A DNA stretch of 56,441 bases from an uncultured Lachnoclostridium sp. (GCA_964625275.1 CAZVBH010000001.1:1-56441); one strand, 5' to 3'. Numbered from the stretch's first letter, positions 46,296 through 56,223 are shown. Notes: generated by a model not told the origin, from the letters alone. Numbers and translations are program-made.

Positions 46296-47477
46296 ATGTT
46301 AAGATTAACAATATTTGAATATTTCAGAGAAATTAAAAATGTATTTATTTCTATTTTTATAGCGGGGTTATGTTTGTTGATAACAATTTTATATTCTTTT
46401 CTGAATTATGAAAATGGCAAATTGCAGCCGTTTGAAGAACTGAGTGAAAAAAAAGGATTCGTGACTTACTTGTCAACAGAACAAAATGAAGAATATGAAA
46501 ATTATTTGTTTGAAAGAGATATTTCGGAATACCCGGGTATAGAAACAGAATATATTTCATATACTGCCTATTTGAAGTTGGGAGAAAAAAGTCTTAAAAC
46601 TTATGTTTATGATGAACTTATTTGGAATAACTGGAAAGGAAGACTGAAGGATGGCAGATGGTTTAAGAAAAGTGACACAAAAAGTGATACAATTCCTGTT
46701 ATAATAGGTGGAGATACGACAGGCTATAATGTAGGTGATATATATTCAATTGATTTTAATGGAACTAAGGTTGAAATAATCGGATTGATGCAGGATAGTA
46801 CTGAAGTATTTGACATGGAAAGCTATTCTTTTGAAAATTTCAATTATTCGGGCTTTTATAAGGCACCAAACACTTCAGAGGGGGCTGCTTATGCTATCTG
46901 TCAATATGAGGTATTAGAAAATACTGAAGTTTATTTTGCTGATGCCGGCAACTGGGCAATTTATATTTATGATGATTCATTATCGGATGAGGAATGTGAT
47001 AAACTTAATGCTGATTTGAATTTTAGCTGTGGTGGCTGTGGAAAAGATTTGGATACATTTATAAAAGAATCTAAAATGGTTGCGAATAGAAAGATATATA
47101 CATATATACCAACTATTTTGGTTAGTATTCTTATTATGATTGCAGCAATTTATTGTCTGTCATTTGTAAAGGTTCAAAATAGTGAGAAAATTTACAGCGT
47201 TTATTATTTAAACGGAGCCAGCAAACCTAGAATTTACCTGATAGTAATTGGGTATGTACTGATAACAACACTATTCTCAGCTATATTTTATATAATAGGA
47301 GGATTATGGTTTGATTCATATGCCAGAAGACACAATATAATGTATTCATTCTGGGGTGCATCAGTTAAGTCGCCGGTATTACTATACTTATTCTTTGGAA
47401 TTATAATGTCGACATGTTTGATATTAGAACTTAGAAATAAAACTGCAGTCGAGCTTTTAAAGAGCAGAACTTTGTAA
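46296..47477 (+). CDS. Second FtsX-like permease-family membrane protein (orphan, AT-rich).
   Basis: ATG 46296 follows AAAGGAG. MacB-type loop (GRWFKKSD...IPVIIGG...VEIIGLMQ). FtsX loop EKIYSVYYLNGASKPRI. Confidence 0.6.
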   Translation: MLRLTIFEYFREIKNVFISIFIAGLCLLITILYSFLNYENGKLQPFEELSEKKGFVTYLSTEQNEEYENYLFERDISEYPGIETEYISYTAYLKLGEKSLKTYVYDELIWNNWKGRLKDGRWFKKSDTKSDTIPVIIGGDTTGYNVGDIYSIDFNGTKVEIIGLMQDSTEVFDMESYSFENFNYSGFYKAPNTSEGAAYAICQYEVLENTEVYFADAGNWAIYIYDDSLSDEECDKLNADLNFSCGGCGKDLDTFIKESKMVANRKIYTYIPTILVSILIMIAAIYCLSFVKVQNSEKIYSVYYLNGASKPRIYLIVIGYVLITTLFSAIFYIIGGLWFDSYARRHNIMYSFWGASVKSPVLLYLFFGIIMSTCLILELRNKTAVELLKSRTL

Positions 47478-47485
47478 ACTGCATT

Positions 47486-47520
47486 TTAACCTTATCTGAC
47501 TTTTCAGATAAGGTTAAAAT
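47486..47520 (+). terminator. Hairpin built from the 5' 22 nt of the 116-bp element folding directly on itself.
   Basis: TTTTAACCTTATCTGA-cttt-TCAGATAAGGTTAAAA, 9 nt after the stop at 47477. Confidence 0.6.
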
Positions 47521-47764
47521 TTTCGAATGTCTGGCGGTTAGCTGAAATACTGACCTCTAATATTGAACTAATATTTTCTCTTTCCCATGGTGTATCAGCT
47601 TTTTCAGATTCTTTCAAAAACTGCTCAACATCTTCAATCTTTGCATTTCTTAAGATAATAAAACATATTAATCTGCACTCCTAATTATTCTTTTCTTAAT
47701 TCGCCACAAAAAGAAAGAAATAAATCTTCGTCTTTCTCTTCTTCATCATCTTCTAATTAAAGAC

Positions 47765-47800
47765 TAACAAAAACATCCCCAGGAGAATCTCCTGGGGATG
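47765..47800 (-). terminator. Rho-independent terminator of prs.
   Basis: Perfect 12-bp stem CATCCCCAGGAG-aat-CTCCTGGGGATG, followed on the minus strand by TTTTTGT. Confidence 0.85.
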
Positions 47801-47817
47801 AGTGTTATAAAAAGCTT

Positions 47818-49002
47818 TTATTTTATTTCTTCACCACGTTCACGCTTCTCAAGAAGTCTGTGGATTCTTTCGGTAGGACTGAGATAATCACTAATTGAAG
47901 CATCGTGATTAAGTGAGTCTATCAAAAGTGCGACATACTTATCCATATCAGCACTAATATACCATTCTCTTGAAAGAAGCTCAGGTGTCTGATAAATCAG
48001 GTTGGTCGTAATTACTCGATAGATGAGACCGGCTTTATAGGCTTCATCGAATTTTTCAAGACCATTAGTGAAAAGACCAAAGGTTGAGCATACGAAAATA
48101 CGTCCTGCATTTCTTCTTTTTAACTCTTTAGCTGTATCAATCATACTCTCGCCTGATGAAATCATATCATCGAGAATGATAACATCTTTACCCTCAACAT
48201 CAGTACCGAGGAACTCATGGGCAACAATAGGATTTCTTCCATCGACGACTCTTGTATAATCACGTCTCTTATAGAACATACCCATGTCTGCGCCAAGAAC
48301 GGTAGCAAAATAAACTGCACGTCCCATTGCACCCTCATCAGGAGAAATAATCATAAGATCTTTTGAATTGATTTTGATGTCAGGAACATTTTTAATAAGT
48401 GCCTTGACAAACTGATATGCAGGCTGAACATTCTCAAATGAATTATAAGGAATGGCATTCTGCACACGAGGATCATGAGCATCGAAGGTGATGATTGAAT
48501 CTACGCCCATATTTACAAGCTCCTGAAGAGCGATTGCACAGTCAAGGGATTCTCTGGCACTTCTCTTGTGCTGACGACTTTCATAAAGGAAAGGCATGAT
48601 AACAGTAATTCTTCTGGCTTTGCCACTAATAGCAGCAATGACTCTCTTTAAATCAGAAAAATGATCATCAGGAGACATAGGACTCTTCTGACCACATACA
48701 GTATAAGTAAGGCTGTAATTACAAACATCAAGAATAATGAAAATATCCTTACCTCTGACGGATTCATTGATAACACATTTAGCTTCACCGGTACCAAAAC
48801 GAGGACACTTAAAATCAATAAGATAAGAATCCCTCTGATAATTATGAAAAGCAGCATCTGCCTTGAATTTGCTTTCCCTGTTTTTTCTCCAACCGGCAAT
48901 ATACTGGTCAACCTTTGCTCCCATGGCTTCACTGCTCTTGAGAGCGATGATTCCAAGCGGGCCGTAAGAAATGTCTTCCGTAAACATATCTTCCTGAGAC
49001 AT
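47818..49002 (-). CDS. prs: Ribose-phosphate pyrophosphokinase (long form).
   Basis: RFGTGEAK, DAHDPRV, VIILDDMISSGES. ATG 49002 follows AGGAGGA (the ORF track extends to 49146). Confidence 0.75.
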   Translation of the reverse strand: MSQEDMFTEDISYGPLGIIALKSSEAMGAKVDQYIAGWRKNRESKFKADAAFHNYQRDSYLIDFKCPRFGTGEAKCVINESVRGKDIFIILDVCNYSLTYTVCGQKSPMSPDDHFSDLKRVIAAISGKARRITVIMPFLYESRQHKRSARESLDCAIALQELVNMGVDSIITFDAHDPRVQNAIPYNSFENVQPAYQFVKALIKNVPDIKINSKDLMIISPDEGAMGRAVYFATVLGADMGMFYKRRDYTRVVDGRNPIVAHEFLGTDVEGKDVIILDDMISSGESMIDTAKELKRRNAGRIFVCSTFGLFTNGLEKFDEAYKAGLIYRVITTNLIYQTPELLSREWYISADMDKYVALLIDSLNHDASISDYLSPTERIHRLLEKRERGEEIK

Positions 49003-49058
49003 AGACGATAATCCTCCTAAAGTAGTAAAATAATTTTTACAACAGGCACATATGTAAA

Positions 49059-49071
49059 GCTCATTTTGAGC
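49059..49071. promoter_or_regulatory. Perfect palindrome GCTCATTTTGAGC in the prs leader. It is the third copy of the CTCATTTTGAG motif.
   Basis: Read directly. The other copies are at 56161-56177 and 56206-56218. Confidence 0.5.
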
Positions 49072-49192
49072 AACAATACGCAATGTTACCACGTATACTA
49101 AGTATAGACTAACCGCAAAAATAAATCTATAGTTAAAATACACCAATATCTTTTTTTTTATTTAAAAATCTGTACAAAATGCCATGACTTTA

Positions 49193-50191
49193 TTACTGCT
49201 TAATTCTATTGTCATCACCCGGCATTGTCAAAAGCTGATAGTAAGCCAAAATTCTGGATGAAATTCTCTCGGAATATCTTTCTTTAAGGTCGTTTGGAGA
49301 AAGATTCGAGGTTATGACTGTAGGAAGTCTTTTTAAAAGTCTCTTTTCGATAAGATTAAAAAGCTGAGAATTTGTAAATTTGCTTGAATTTTCAGCTCCT
49401 AAATCATCCAGAATAAGACACTCGGCAGTATATATAAAATCAAGGTCATCTTCAGTTGCCTTGGCCTCATAACCATTTGCAAAAGTATTTTTTCGGCAAT
49501 ATTCAAAAAAATCCAGGGCTGACATATATAGAACAGAATGAGCTCTGTCTGTCAGATAACCGGCAATGCAATTTGCCAAAAAGGTCTTCCCGGTTCCTGT
49601 ATTGCCCGAGATATACAGATTTTTAAATTCTGTATCGAAGCTTTTACAAAAAGAGGTAGCATTAGCAAAGCTGCTTTCCATAATTTGGTAACAGGACAAA
49701 CCACTTCCTTTGTAGCTTTCTTCACTACTGTACAGTGAATCATCAAAATTGCCAAAGCATTCCTTCGCCAAAAGCTCACGTCTTTCAGGAGTCATGTAGA
49801 AGGTGTCAATAACTGTCCTTATGTAGCAACGACATTTGGAAATGATTATGCCATCCCTGTCGCGTATAACTCCGGTATCATTACATTCCGGACATTCATA
49901 TATATTTTCAAGATAATCTGCCGGAAATCCTGCCTTAACAATCAGCTGACGTTTTGTGTCAATTAGAGCCTCATTAGTAAGCTTTAACTCCGTAAGGGCA
50001 GATTCATCAGAGGCCAAAAGAGACATTCTGGCCGCACGCATAGAATTATCAATAATCTTATCATTTATTTCTTCAATTGCAGGCTGAACGGAGATGACCT
50101 CCTCGGTACGTTTGGCAAGTAAATCCCTTGCATGGTAATGACGCTGCTCGTAAATGCGTGAAATAATGTCAGATTGAGAATTTGAAATCAT
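49193..50191 (-). CDS. DnaC/DnaI-type helicase loader ATPase.
   Basis: Zinc ribbon CPECNDTG...CRC, Walker A GNTGTGKTF, Walker B LILDDLGAE. Confidence 0.8.
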   Translation of the reverse strand: MISNSQSDIISRIYEQRHYHARDLLAKRTEEVISVQPAIEEINDKIIDNSMRAARMSLLASDESALTELKLTNEALIDTKRQLIVKAGFPADYLENIYECPECNDTGVIRDRDGIIISKCRCYIRTVIDTFYMTPERRELLAKECFGNFDDSLYSSEESYKGSGLSCYQIMESSFANATSFCKSFDTEFKNLYISGNTGTGKTFLANCIAGYLTDRAHSVLYMSALDFFEYCRKNTFANGYEAKATEDDLDFIYTAECLILDDLGAENSSKFTNSQLFNLIEKRLLKRLPTVITSNLSPNDLKERYSERISSRILAYYQLLTMPGDDNRIKQ

Positions 50192-50220
50192 AGAGCTTTC
50201 CTCCTACGGATAAGGATGAA

Positions 50221-51528
50221 TCAACCTTCGTCCGGTACTGCTTTTAAGCTGGCTTTTAAAGCTGCAAAAGAACCTTTGGCATAATTCTTATTTATAAGCT
50301 GATATTCCAGCTTTTCGGCTTCCTCTTTAGAAACCTTCCTCTGCTCAAAATCATTAAACTGATTATAGGCATTTCCCTGCTTTGAAGGAGCTTTGCCTGA
50401 CTTATCATATTTCAGACGATTATCAGCCTTACGCTTCTTCTGATATTCGTTGTATTCATCAAGAGTATGAACCTGGTTGCTGTGAAGACTGTCAATTATT
50501 TTTAACAGACATTTATAAGCGCCATCAGGAGCATAGGCCTTCGCATCCTTGCAGGCCTCAATAACAACGCGCTGGTCAATGCCATAATTGAAAATCCAGC
50601 TGTCAATTGTTTCAATTTGGGAACTGCCCCAGCCACCGGAAATACCTAATTCATTACGGCAGCTCTTAAGAAAACCATTGTGATACTGGTCAAGAAATTT
50701 AGCATCGCTGACCGTAGTTACATTCTTTGAAGCCCAGTCAGTAGCAACAGAGCTTATGTATGCAGGTGACGTTTTTTTGACAATATTGCAGCAATAATCA
50801 TAAAGATAAATAATAAGCTCATCATCAAAATTCGTACCATTAATAATGCTTGCAAGAGTATTTGTATCATCCAGACTAAGATTCTTTGGAGACATAAGCT
50901 TTTCAACCACATTAAACAGCTTCTGATAACGGGTATCGGTCTCTGCAATTGAAAAAAGCTCCTCAGAGGTAAGAGCGGGAAGGACAAAGCCCGACACGCT
51001 TTCCGGTTCAGAAGATGAAATATCTTCTCCGGACGTTTCTAAAACAGCTAAATCAGTTTTAGCTCGAAAATCAGAAACAGTTAAATCATCTTTAGCCATG
51101 AAATTAGTCAAGTTAATGCTTTCTTGATTATCTTGATTAATTTCTTTGGCAGACTCATCAGACGTCTCTTCGGTGCCATAATTATAATAATTATTGTCAG
51201 GGCAAGCCCAAGCCTCCCTGTCTACAAATAACGCATTTATGTCATTTAATTTGATATTATCGATTTCACCGGATTTGTCTAGGGTAAATTCAAGAATACC
51301 TTCGGACATCCAGTGCTTAAGTGATTTTTTTACTTTGTTGGCAGTAAGGTCAAGTGTATTTGCAATCTGCTTTAATGAAATTTCAGCAGAAGGAACATTT
51401 GCATATCTGAGGATATAAAGGTAGACCTTGAGATCCTGCTCGTTAGAATCGGGCATGAAATTATCCAGAAAAAGATTGGAAATGACCGTAACCCCTGTAT
51501 TATATCCGTTTGAACTAATCTTACACAT
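50221..51528 (-). CDS. DnaD-domain replication initiation protein (Firmicute DnaB/DnaD type).
   Basis: N-terminal winged-helix region (LKVYLYILRY...SLKQIANTL) and C-terminal DnaD-like repeats. ATG 51528 follows GGAG. Confidence 0.75.
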   Translation of the reverse strand: MCKISSNGYNTGVTVISNLFLDNFMPDSNEQDLKVYLYILRYANVPSAEISLKQIANTLDLTANKVKKSLKHWMSEGILEFTLDKSGEIDNIKLNDINALFVDREAWACPDNNYYNYGTEETSDESAKEINQDNQESINLTNFMAKDDLTVSDFRAKTDLAVLETSGEDISSSEPESVSGFVLPALTSEELFSIAETDTRYQKLFNVVEKLMSPKNLSLDDTNTLASIINGTNFDDELIIYLYDYCCNIVKKTSPAYISSVATDWASKNVTTVSDAKFLDQYHNGFLKSCRNELGISGGWGSSQIETIDSWIFNYGIDQRVVIEACKDAKAYAPDGAYKCLLKIIDSLHSNQVHTLDEYNEYQKKRKADNRLKYDKSGKAPSKQGNAYNQFNDFEQRKVSKEEAEKLEYQLINKNYAKGSFAALKASLKAVPDEG

Positions 51529-51650
51529 TGCTTTACTCCATATTACATAAAATGTGTACGGCCACATAACTGCCGAACGATTCATACTATACCACAAGAT
51601 TATAAAAAAAGAAATACCCCCAAAAACCGTAGAAGGTTGTAGAATGGAAA

Positions 51651-51668
51651 TGTGGATAATGTGGATAA
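51651..51668 (+). promoter_or_regulatory. Two abutting perfect DnaA boxes (TGTGGATAA TGTGGATAA).
   Basis: Read directly. They lie about 125 bp upstream of the dnaD-like start codon. Confidence 0.75.
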
Positions 51669-51749
51669 CTCGGTGGAATAGATTTTGTAAAAGCCTGTCG
51701 AAGCTCTGAAAAGCCCATAAATTCGGGAAATCCTACGACTTAAATCGCC

Positions 51750-51801
51750 TGAAAAAAACAAAAAAATATCCACAGCCTTAGACCCCTGGGTCAGGCTGTG
51801 G
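51750..51801 (-). terminator. Rho-independent terminator of murC, whose stem contains DnaA-box sequence.
   Basis: CCACAGCCT(51770-51778) / AGGCTGTGG(51793-51801) with inner GACC/GGTC. The minus strand continues ataTTTTTTTgTTTTTTT. Confidence 0.7.
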
Positions 51802-51814
51802 ATAATGTGGATAA
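51766..51814. promoter_or_regulatory. Second DnaA-box group: one inverted 8/9 box plus two abutting perfect boxes.
   Basis: aTATCCACA at 51766-51774; TGTGGATAA at 51797-51805 and 51806-51814, ending 2 nt before the murC stop codon. Confidence 0.75.
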
Positions 51815-51815
51815 C

Positions 51816-53219
51816 TTATTTACCGAGTAGGTGTTCGCCTATTTTTACTACATCTCCGGCGCCCATAGTTATCAACATGTCGCCGTTTACTAAATTATTT
51901 AATAAAAAATTTTCAATTTCATCGAAGGTTGGAAAATAATAGGCTTCTACACCCAAAGCCTTCAGCTCTTCACATAAATCAGCCGAGCTAATGACACCTT
52001 CATCAACTTCTCTTGCCGCATAAATCTTAGCAAGTACAACCTTGTCGGCTGCGCGCAGAGCCTGAACGAATTCATCCTTCAGGGCAATTGTTCTGGAATA
52101 GGTATGAGGCTGGAAAACACACCATACATTCTTGGCATTATATTTCTTCGCAGTTGCAAGTGTCGCAGATATTTCAGTAGGATGGTGAGCATAATCATCG
52201 ATGATTGTTACACCACAGATTTCACCCTTCTTCTGAAAACGTCTTTCTGTTCCTGTAAAAGAAAGAAGACCTTCCTTTATATGTGCCATTGAAATTCCCA
52301 ATGCTCTTGAAAGAGCAATTGCTGCGAGAGAATTGGATACATTGTGAAGACCCGGAACACCAAGAGAAATAGTTGTAATACCAATACCATTTTCGATAAG
52401 CTCATAGGTAGCCCTGCCAAGCTCGTTAAACTCGATATTGGCAGCAGTATAATTATAAGGAAACTTAGCTGCATCCTCACCCTCAGGTGTCAAGCCATAA
52501 GTAATTACAGGACATTTGCAGCCTTCAGTAATTTCCTCAAGCTTGGAAATTGCTCCATTAATAACAAGATGACCATCTTCCGGAAGAAGACGTACATATT
52601 TATTAAATGAATGTCTGATATCATCAAGGTCCTTAAAGAAATCAAGATGGTCGGCCTCGATATTTAAAATTACTTCATCGGTAGGGAAGAATTTGAGGAA
52701 TGAATTGGTATATTCACAGGCTTCAAATAAAAACTGATTTCCCTCACCAATTCTAAGATTACCACCAATTGCAGGAAGCATGCCTCCGACAGAAATGGTA
52801 GGATCCGTATCTGCTGATAAAAGGATTGTTGCAAGCATTGAGGTGGTGGTTGTCTTGCCATGAGTACCGGCAACACCAATAGAGGTCTTGAAGAACTTAC
52901 AAAGCTCGCCAAGTAAGGTGGCACGATCCATCATTGGAAGACCACGTCTGACACATTCTGCATACTCAGGATTGTCCGGATGGATTGCAGCCGTATAAAC
53001 CACGACATCAATATCATCAGTAATATTGTCTGCATACTGACCATAATATATTTTGATACCCTTTTGACTAAGGAGTTTTGTGATTTCGCTTTTGTCTCTG
53101 TCTGAGCCACTAACCTTAAAGCCTTTTGAGGCAAGCAGGGCAGCCAGACCACTCATGCTGATTCCACCGATTCCAATAAAATGAATATGAACCGGATTAT
53201 TAATATCTATCTGATACAT
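51816..53219 (-). CDS. murC: UDP-N-acetylmuramate--L-alanine ligase.
   Basis: HFIGIGGISMSGLA, GTHGKTTTTSM. ATG 53219 is preferred. Confidence 0.9.
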   Translation of the reverse strand: MYQIDINNPVHIHFIGIGGISMSGLAALLASKGFKVSGSDRDKSEITKLLSQKGIKIYYGQYADNITDDIDVVVYTAAIHPDNPEYAECVRRGLPMMDRATLLGELCKFFKTSIGVAGTHGKTTTTSMLATILLSADTDPTISVGGMLPAIGGNLRIGEGNQFLFEACEYTNSFLKFFPTDEVILNIEADHLDFFKDLDDIRHSFNKYVRLLPEDGHLVINGAISKLEEITEGCKCPVITYGLTPEGEDAAKFPYNYTAANIEFNELGRATYELIENGIGITTISLGVPGLHNVSNSLAAIALSRALGISMAHIKEGLLSFTGTERRFQKKGEICGVTIIDDYAHHPTEISATLATAKKYNAKNVWCVFQPHTYSRTIALKDEFVQALRAADKVVLAKIYAAREVDEGVISSADLCEELKALGVEAYYFPTFDEIENFLLNNLVNGDMLITMGAGDVVKIGEHLLGK

Positions 53220-53580
53220 AAGGAAGGTCCTTTCTGAAAAAATCATCATATTAAGTTTAAAATTAAGTTTTAAAACTATAGTAGGTTTTGAAAACTTGTA
53301 AAAATTTCCTAAAAATTAATGATAGCATTTAATTGAATAAAATCAAGAGTAAATATTGCCAAAATGATATAAATTGCCGGTAAAAGCAACAAAATAAATC
53401 ATAAAGAGTGAAATCAACAAAAAGTGTAAGAAAGGCATTTTGTGAAAAATTTATGAAAATTTTGTGCGAAAAAGGTCGATTTAGAACGATAAAAACGACT
53501 ATCAGCCCCAAAAAGCAGTAAAACATTGTTGAATGTGTACAAAAAAACGAAATTTTATTAAAAAACTTTATAAAAAATTG

Positions 53581-53609
53581 TTCACAAATCGGAATGAGTA
53601 TGCTATACT
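53581..53609 (+). promoter_or_regulatory. Promoter of glgCD.
   Basis: TTCACA (53581-53586), 17 nt, extended -10 TGcTATACT (53601-53609). Confidence 0.5.
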
Positions 53610-53650
53610 GGAAACAGTTACAATTGACTAAACTATACGAGGTAGAACAA

Positions 53651-54925
53651 GTGATTAAGAAAGAAATGATAGCCATGTTGCTCGCAGGTGGACAAGGATC
53701 CCGTCTCGGCGTGCTGACCTCTGGCGTAGCTAAACCTGCAGTTGGCTTTGGCGGAAAGTATTCTATAATTGATTTCCCTCTCAGCAACTGTATTAATTCG
53801 GGTGTTGATACAGTCGGCGTGCTGACACAGTACCAGCCACTGAGACTTAACACTCATATTGGAATCGGTATTCCATGGGATCTTGACAGAAATGTAGGTG
53901 GTGTTTCAATTCTCCCACCTTACGAAAAAAGCACTAATGCCGAATGGTATTCAGGAACAGCGAATGCTATATTCCAAAACCTCCGTTTTATGGAATATTA
54001 CAATCCCGAGTATGTTCTCGTCCTTGGTGGTGACCACATTTACAAAATGGACTACGAAGAAATGCTCAATTACCACAAGGCAAATAATGCAGACATTACC
54101 CTTGCTACAATTCAGGTACCATGGGAAGAGGCCAGCCGTTTCGGTGTAACAATTACGGATGAAAATATGCGTATCACCGAATTCGAAGAGAAGCCAAAGA
54201 ATCCAAGAAGTAACCTTGCGTCAATGGGTATCTATATCTTCACCTGGAAGGTACTTAGAGAAGCACTTCTCACACTTCAGGATCAGGAGGGCTGTGACTT
54301 TGGTAAGCATATTATCCCTTATTGCCACAACAGAGGTGACAGAGTATTTGCTTACGAATTCAAGGGCTACTGGAAGGATGTAGGAACTCTTGGCTCATAT
54401 TGGGCAGCAAATATGGAGCTCATTGATATTGTTCCGGTATTCGATCTTTATGACGAATTCTGGAAGATTTATACAAAGAGCGACATCATCAGACCACAGT
54501 ATATCTCAGACACAGCAGTAATTAATCGTGCAATCATCTCTGAAGGTACGGAAATCTATGGTGAGGTTCACAATTCTGTTATCGGTGCAGGCGTAGTTAT
54601 TGAAGAAGGCGCAGTGGTTCGTGATTCAATAATTATGAAAAATTGTGTAATCGGTAAAGGAACCTATCTTGAGAAAGCAATCATAGGTGAAAATACAGTT
54701 GTCGGTGAAAACTGTAAAATTGGTGTTGGTGAATCTGTTCCTAATGAACAATATCCAAAGATTTATGGCGATGATCTTGTTACAGTCGGCGAAGATACAG
54801 TTATTCCTGATAGCGTTACCGTTGGAAAGAATACAGTTATCAGCGGCGGAACTGCAGAAGATGATTATATCAACGGAATACTCCCAAGTGGCGGAAGTTT
54901 AATTAAGGCAGGTGACAGACGATGA
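53651..54925 (+). CDS. glgC: Glucose-1-phosphate adenylyltransferase.
   Basis: (V)[42 protein letters not shown] 53651 lies 8 nt after GAGG. Confidence 0.9.
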   Translation: MIKKEMIAMLLAGGQGSRLGVLTSGVAKPAVGFGGKYSIIDFPLSNCINSGVDTVGVLTQYQPLRLNTHIGIGIPWDLDRNVGGVSILPPYEKSTNAEWYSGTANAIFQNLRFMEYYNPEYVLVLGGDHIYKMDYEEMLNYHKANNADITLATIQVPWEEASRFGVTITDENMRITEFEEKPKNPRSNLASMGIYIFTWKVLREALLTLQDQEGCDFGKHIIPYCHNRGDRVFAYEFKGYWKDVGTLGSYWAANMELIDIVPVFDLYDEFWKIYTKSDIIRPQYISDTAVINRAIISEGTEIYGEVHNSVIGAGVVIEEGAVVRDSIIMKNCVIGKGTYLEKAIIGENTVVGENCKIGVGESVPNEQYPKIYGDDLVTVGEDTVIPDSVTVGKNTVISGGTAEDDYINGILPSGGSLIKAGDRR

Positions 54926-56043
54926 AAGCAATAGGTATTATTTTAGCTGGTGGCAATTCTACCAGAATGAAGGAATTATCCAATAAAAGAGCTATTGCAG
55001 CAATGCCTGTTGCAGGAAGCTATAGAAGTATTGACTTCGCACTCAGTAACATGAGTAACTCCCATATTCAGAAGGTAGCCGTACTTACCCAGTACAACAG
55101 CCGTTCACTTCATGAGCACTTAAGCTCATCAAAGTGGTGGGATTTTGGACGTAAGCAGGGAGGCCTTTATACTTTCGCACCAACCATTACAACAGATAAC
55201 AGCTTTTGGTACAGAGGCACCCTTGATGCAATCTGTCAAAACCTTGATTGGATTCGCGACAGTCATGAGCCTTATGCAGTAATTACCTCAGGTGATGGTA
55301 TTTATAAGCTCGATTATAATGATGTTATCAATTATCATATTGAAAAGCATGCAGATATTACAGTAGTTGTAAGAGATGCTTCAGATGATGAAGATATTAC
55401 AAGATTCGGTTCAGTAACTGTAGACCGTAACAACAAAATCGTTGATTTTGAAGAAAAGCCTTTAAAGTCAAGCTCGAACCTTATTTCCACAGGTGTTTAT
55501 GTAATAAGAAGAAGACTTCTTATTGAGCTTTGTGAAGAGGCAATTCGTGATGATCACTTTGATTTTGTAAGAGGTATTCTTGTTCGTTACAAAGATTCTA
55601 AAAATATTGCAGCTTACAAGATGAATACCTACTGGGCTAACATTGCATCAGTTGAATCCTATTACAAAACAAATATGGATTTCCTGAAGAGAGAGGTAAG
55701 AGATTACTTCTTCAAGGAGCATCCGGATGTTTATTCAAAGGTAGATGACCTTCCACCTGCAAAGTACAATCCAAATGCAGCAGTAAAGAACAGTCTTGTT
55801 GCAAGCGGAACAATCGTAAATGGTCAGGTAGAAAACTCAATTATTTTCAAGAAGGTTTATATCGGCGATAATTGTGTAATTAAAAATTCAATTATTCTCA
55901 ATGATGTTCATATCGCAGACAATACATACATCGAAAACTGTATCGTAGAGGCTCATGGAACAATTCATGCAGGACAGCATCTTGTAGGAACACCGGATGA
56001 CATCAAGATAGTAGTTGAAAAGAAAGAAGATTATTCAAATTAG
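54922..56043 (+). CDS. glgD: Glucose-1-phosphate adenylyltransferase regulatory subunit GlgD.
   Basis: ATGA overlap with glg[34 protein letters not shown]. Confidence 0.85.
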   Translation: MKAIGIILAGGNSTRMKELSNKRAIAAMPVAGSYRSIDFALSNMSNSHIQKVAVLTQYNSRSLHEHLSSSKWWDFGRKQGGLYTFAPTITTDNSFWYRGTLDAICQNLDWIRDSHEPYAVITSGDGIYKLDYNDVINYHIEKHADITVVVRDASDDEDITRFGSVTVDRNNKIVDFEEKPLKSSSNLISTGVYVIRRRLLIELCEEAIRDDHFDFVRGILVRYKDSKNIAAYKMNTYWANIASVESYYKTNMDFLKREVRDYFFKEHPDVYSKVDDLPPAKYNPNAAVKNSLVASGTIVNGQVENSIIFKKVYIGDNCVIKNSIILNDVHIADNTYIENCIVEAHGTIHAGQHLVGTPDDIKIVVEKKEDYSN

Positions 56044-56120
56044 TCCTCTTTCGGAGAAATACAGGGGTACGGAACTAAGAGACCTTGGTTCATTGAAAAA
56101 ATTAGAATGATTAAATAAAA

Positions 56121-56155
56121 AAGAAAGCAGATGTGTGGGGCATCTGCTTTTTTTA
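56121..56155 (+). terminator. Rho-independent terminator of glgCD.
   Basis: GCAGATG-tgtgggg-CATCTGC followed by TTTTTTTT. Confidence 0.85.
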
Positions 56156-56160
56156 TTATC

Positions 56161-56223
56161 ATACTCATTTTGAGTATGGGCAGGTGTTCTTATATTGACA
56201 AATATGCTCATTTTGAGTATAAC
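56161..56223 (+). promoter_or_regulatory. Promoter flanked and overlapped by two CTCATTTTGAG palindromes.
   Basis: ATACTCATTTTGAGTAT (56161-56177). TTGACA (56195-56200), 17 nt, TATAAC (56218-56223). The spacer contains GCTCATTTTGAGT (56206-56218). No ORF follows before the window end. Confidence 0.5.

Noticed and set aside
47524-47765. Small minus-strand ORF debris: a 10-codon ORF after AGGAG, a frame-shifted continuation ...KIEDVEQFLKESEKADTPWERE..., and a 17-aa MMKKRKTKIYFFLFVAN
   Set aside because: The pieces are too short and interrupted, and no family was recognised. They are probably remnants of a decayed gene between the FtsX-like block and prs.
49193-51528. dnaD-like/dnaC-like pair as a prophage or ICE replication module
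   Set aside because: It is flanked directly by prs and murC. There are no integrase, structural or conjugation genes, and the composition matches the core genes.
51651-51814. DnaA-box cluster interpreted as the chromosomal origin oriC
   Set aside because: There is no dnaA or dnaN nearby and I could not identify a clear AT-rich unwinding element with repeated 13-mers. Half of the boxes are part of a terminator stem. It is retained as a DnaA-binding/regulatory cluster pending whole-genome context.
53437-53473. Direct repeat ATTTTGTG(N0-2)GAAAAA spaced by 22 bp in the murC/glgC divergent region, considered as Spo0A-like or other operator sites
   Set aside because: It is low-complexity AT-rich sequence, with only two imperfect copies and no match to a consensus I can name with confidence.
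53329-53853. 174-aa minus-strand ORF in the murC-glgC intergenic region and glgC 5' end
   Set aside because: It runs through an AT-rich non-coding region and antisense to the conserved glgC N-terminus. No RBS.
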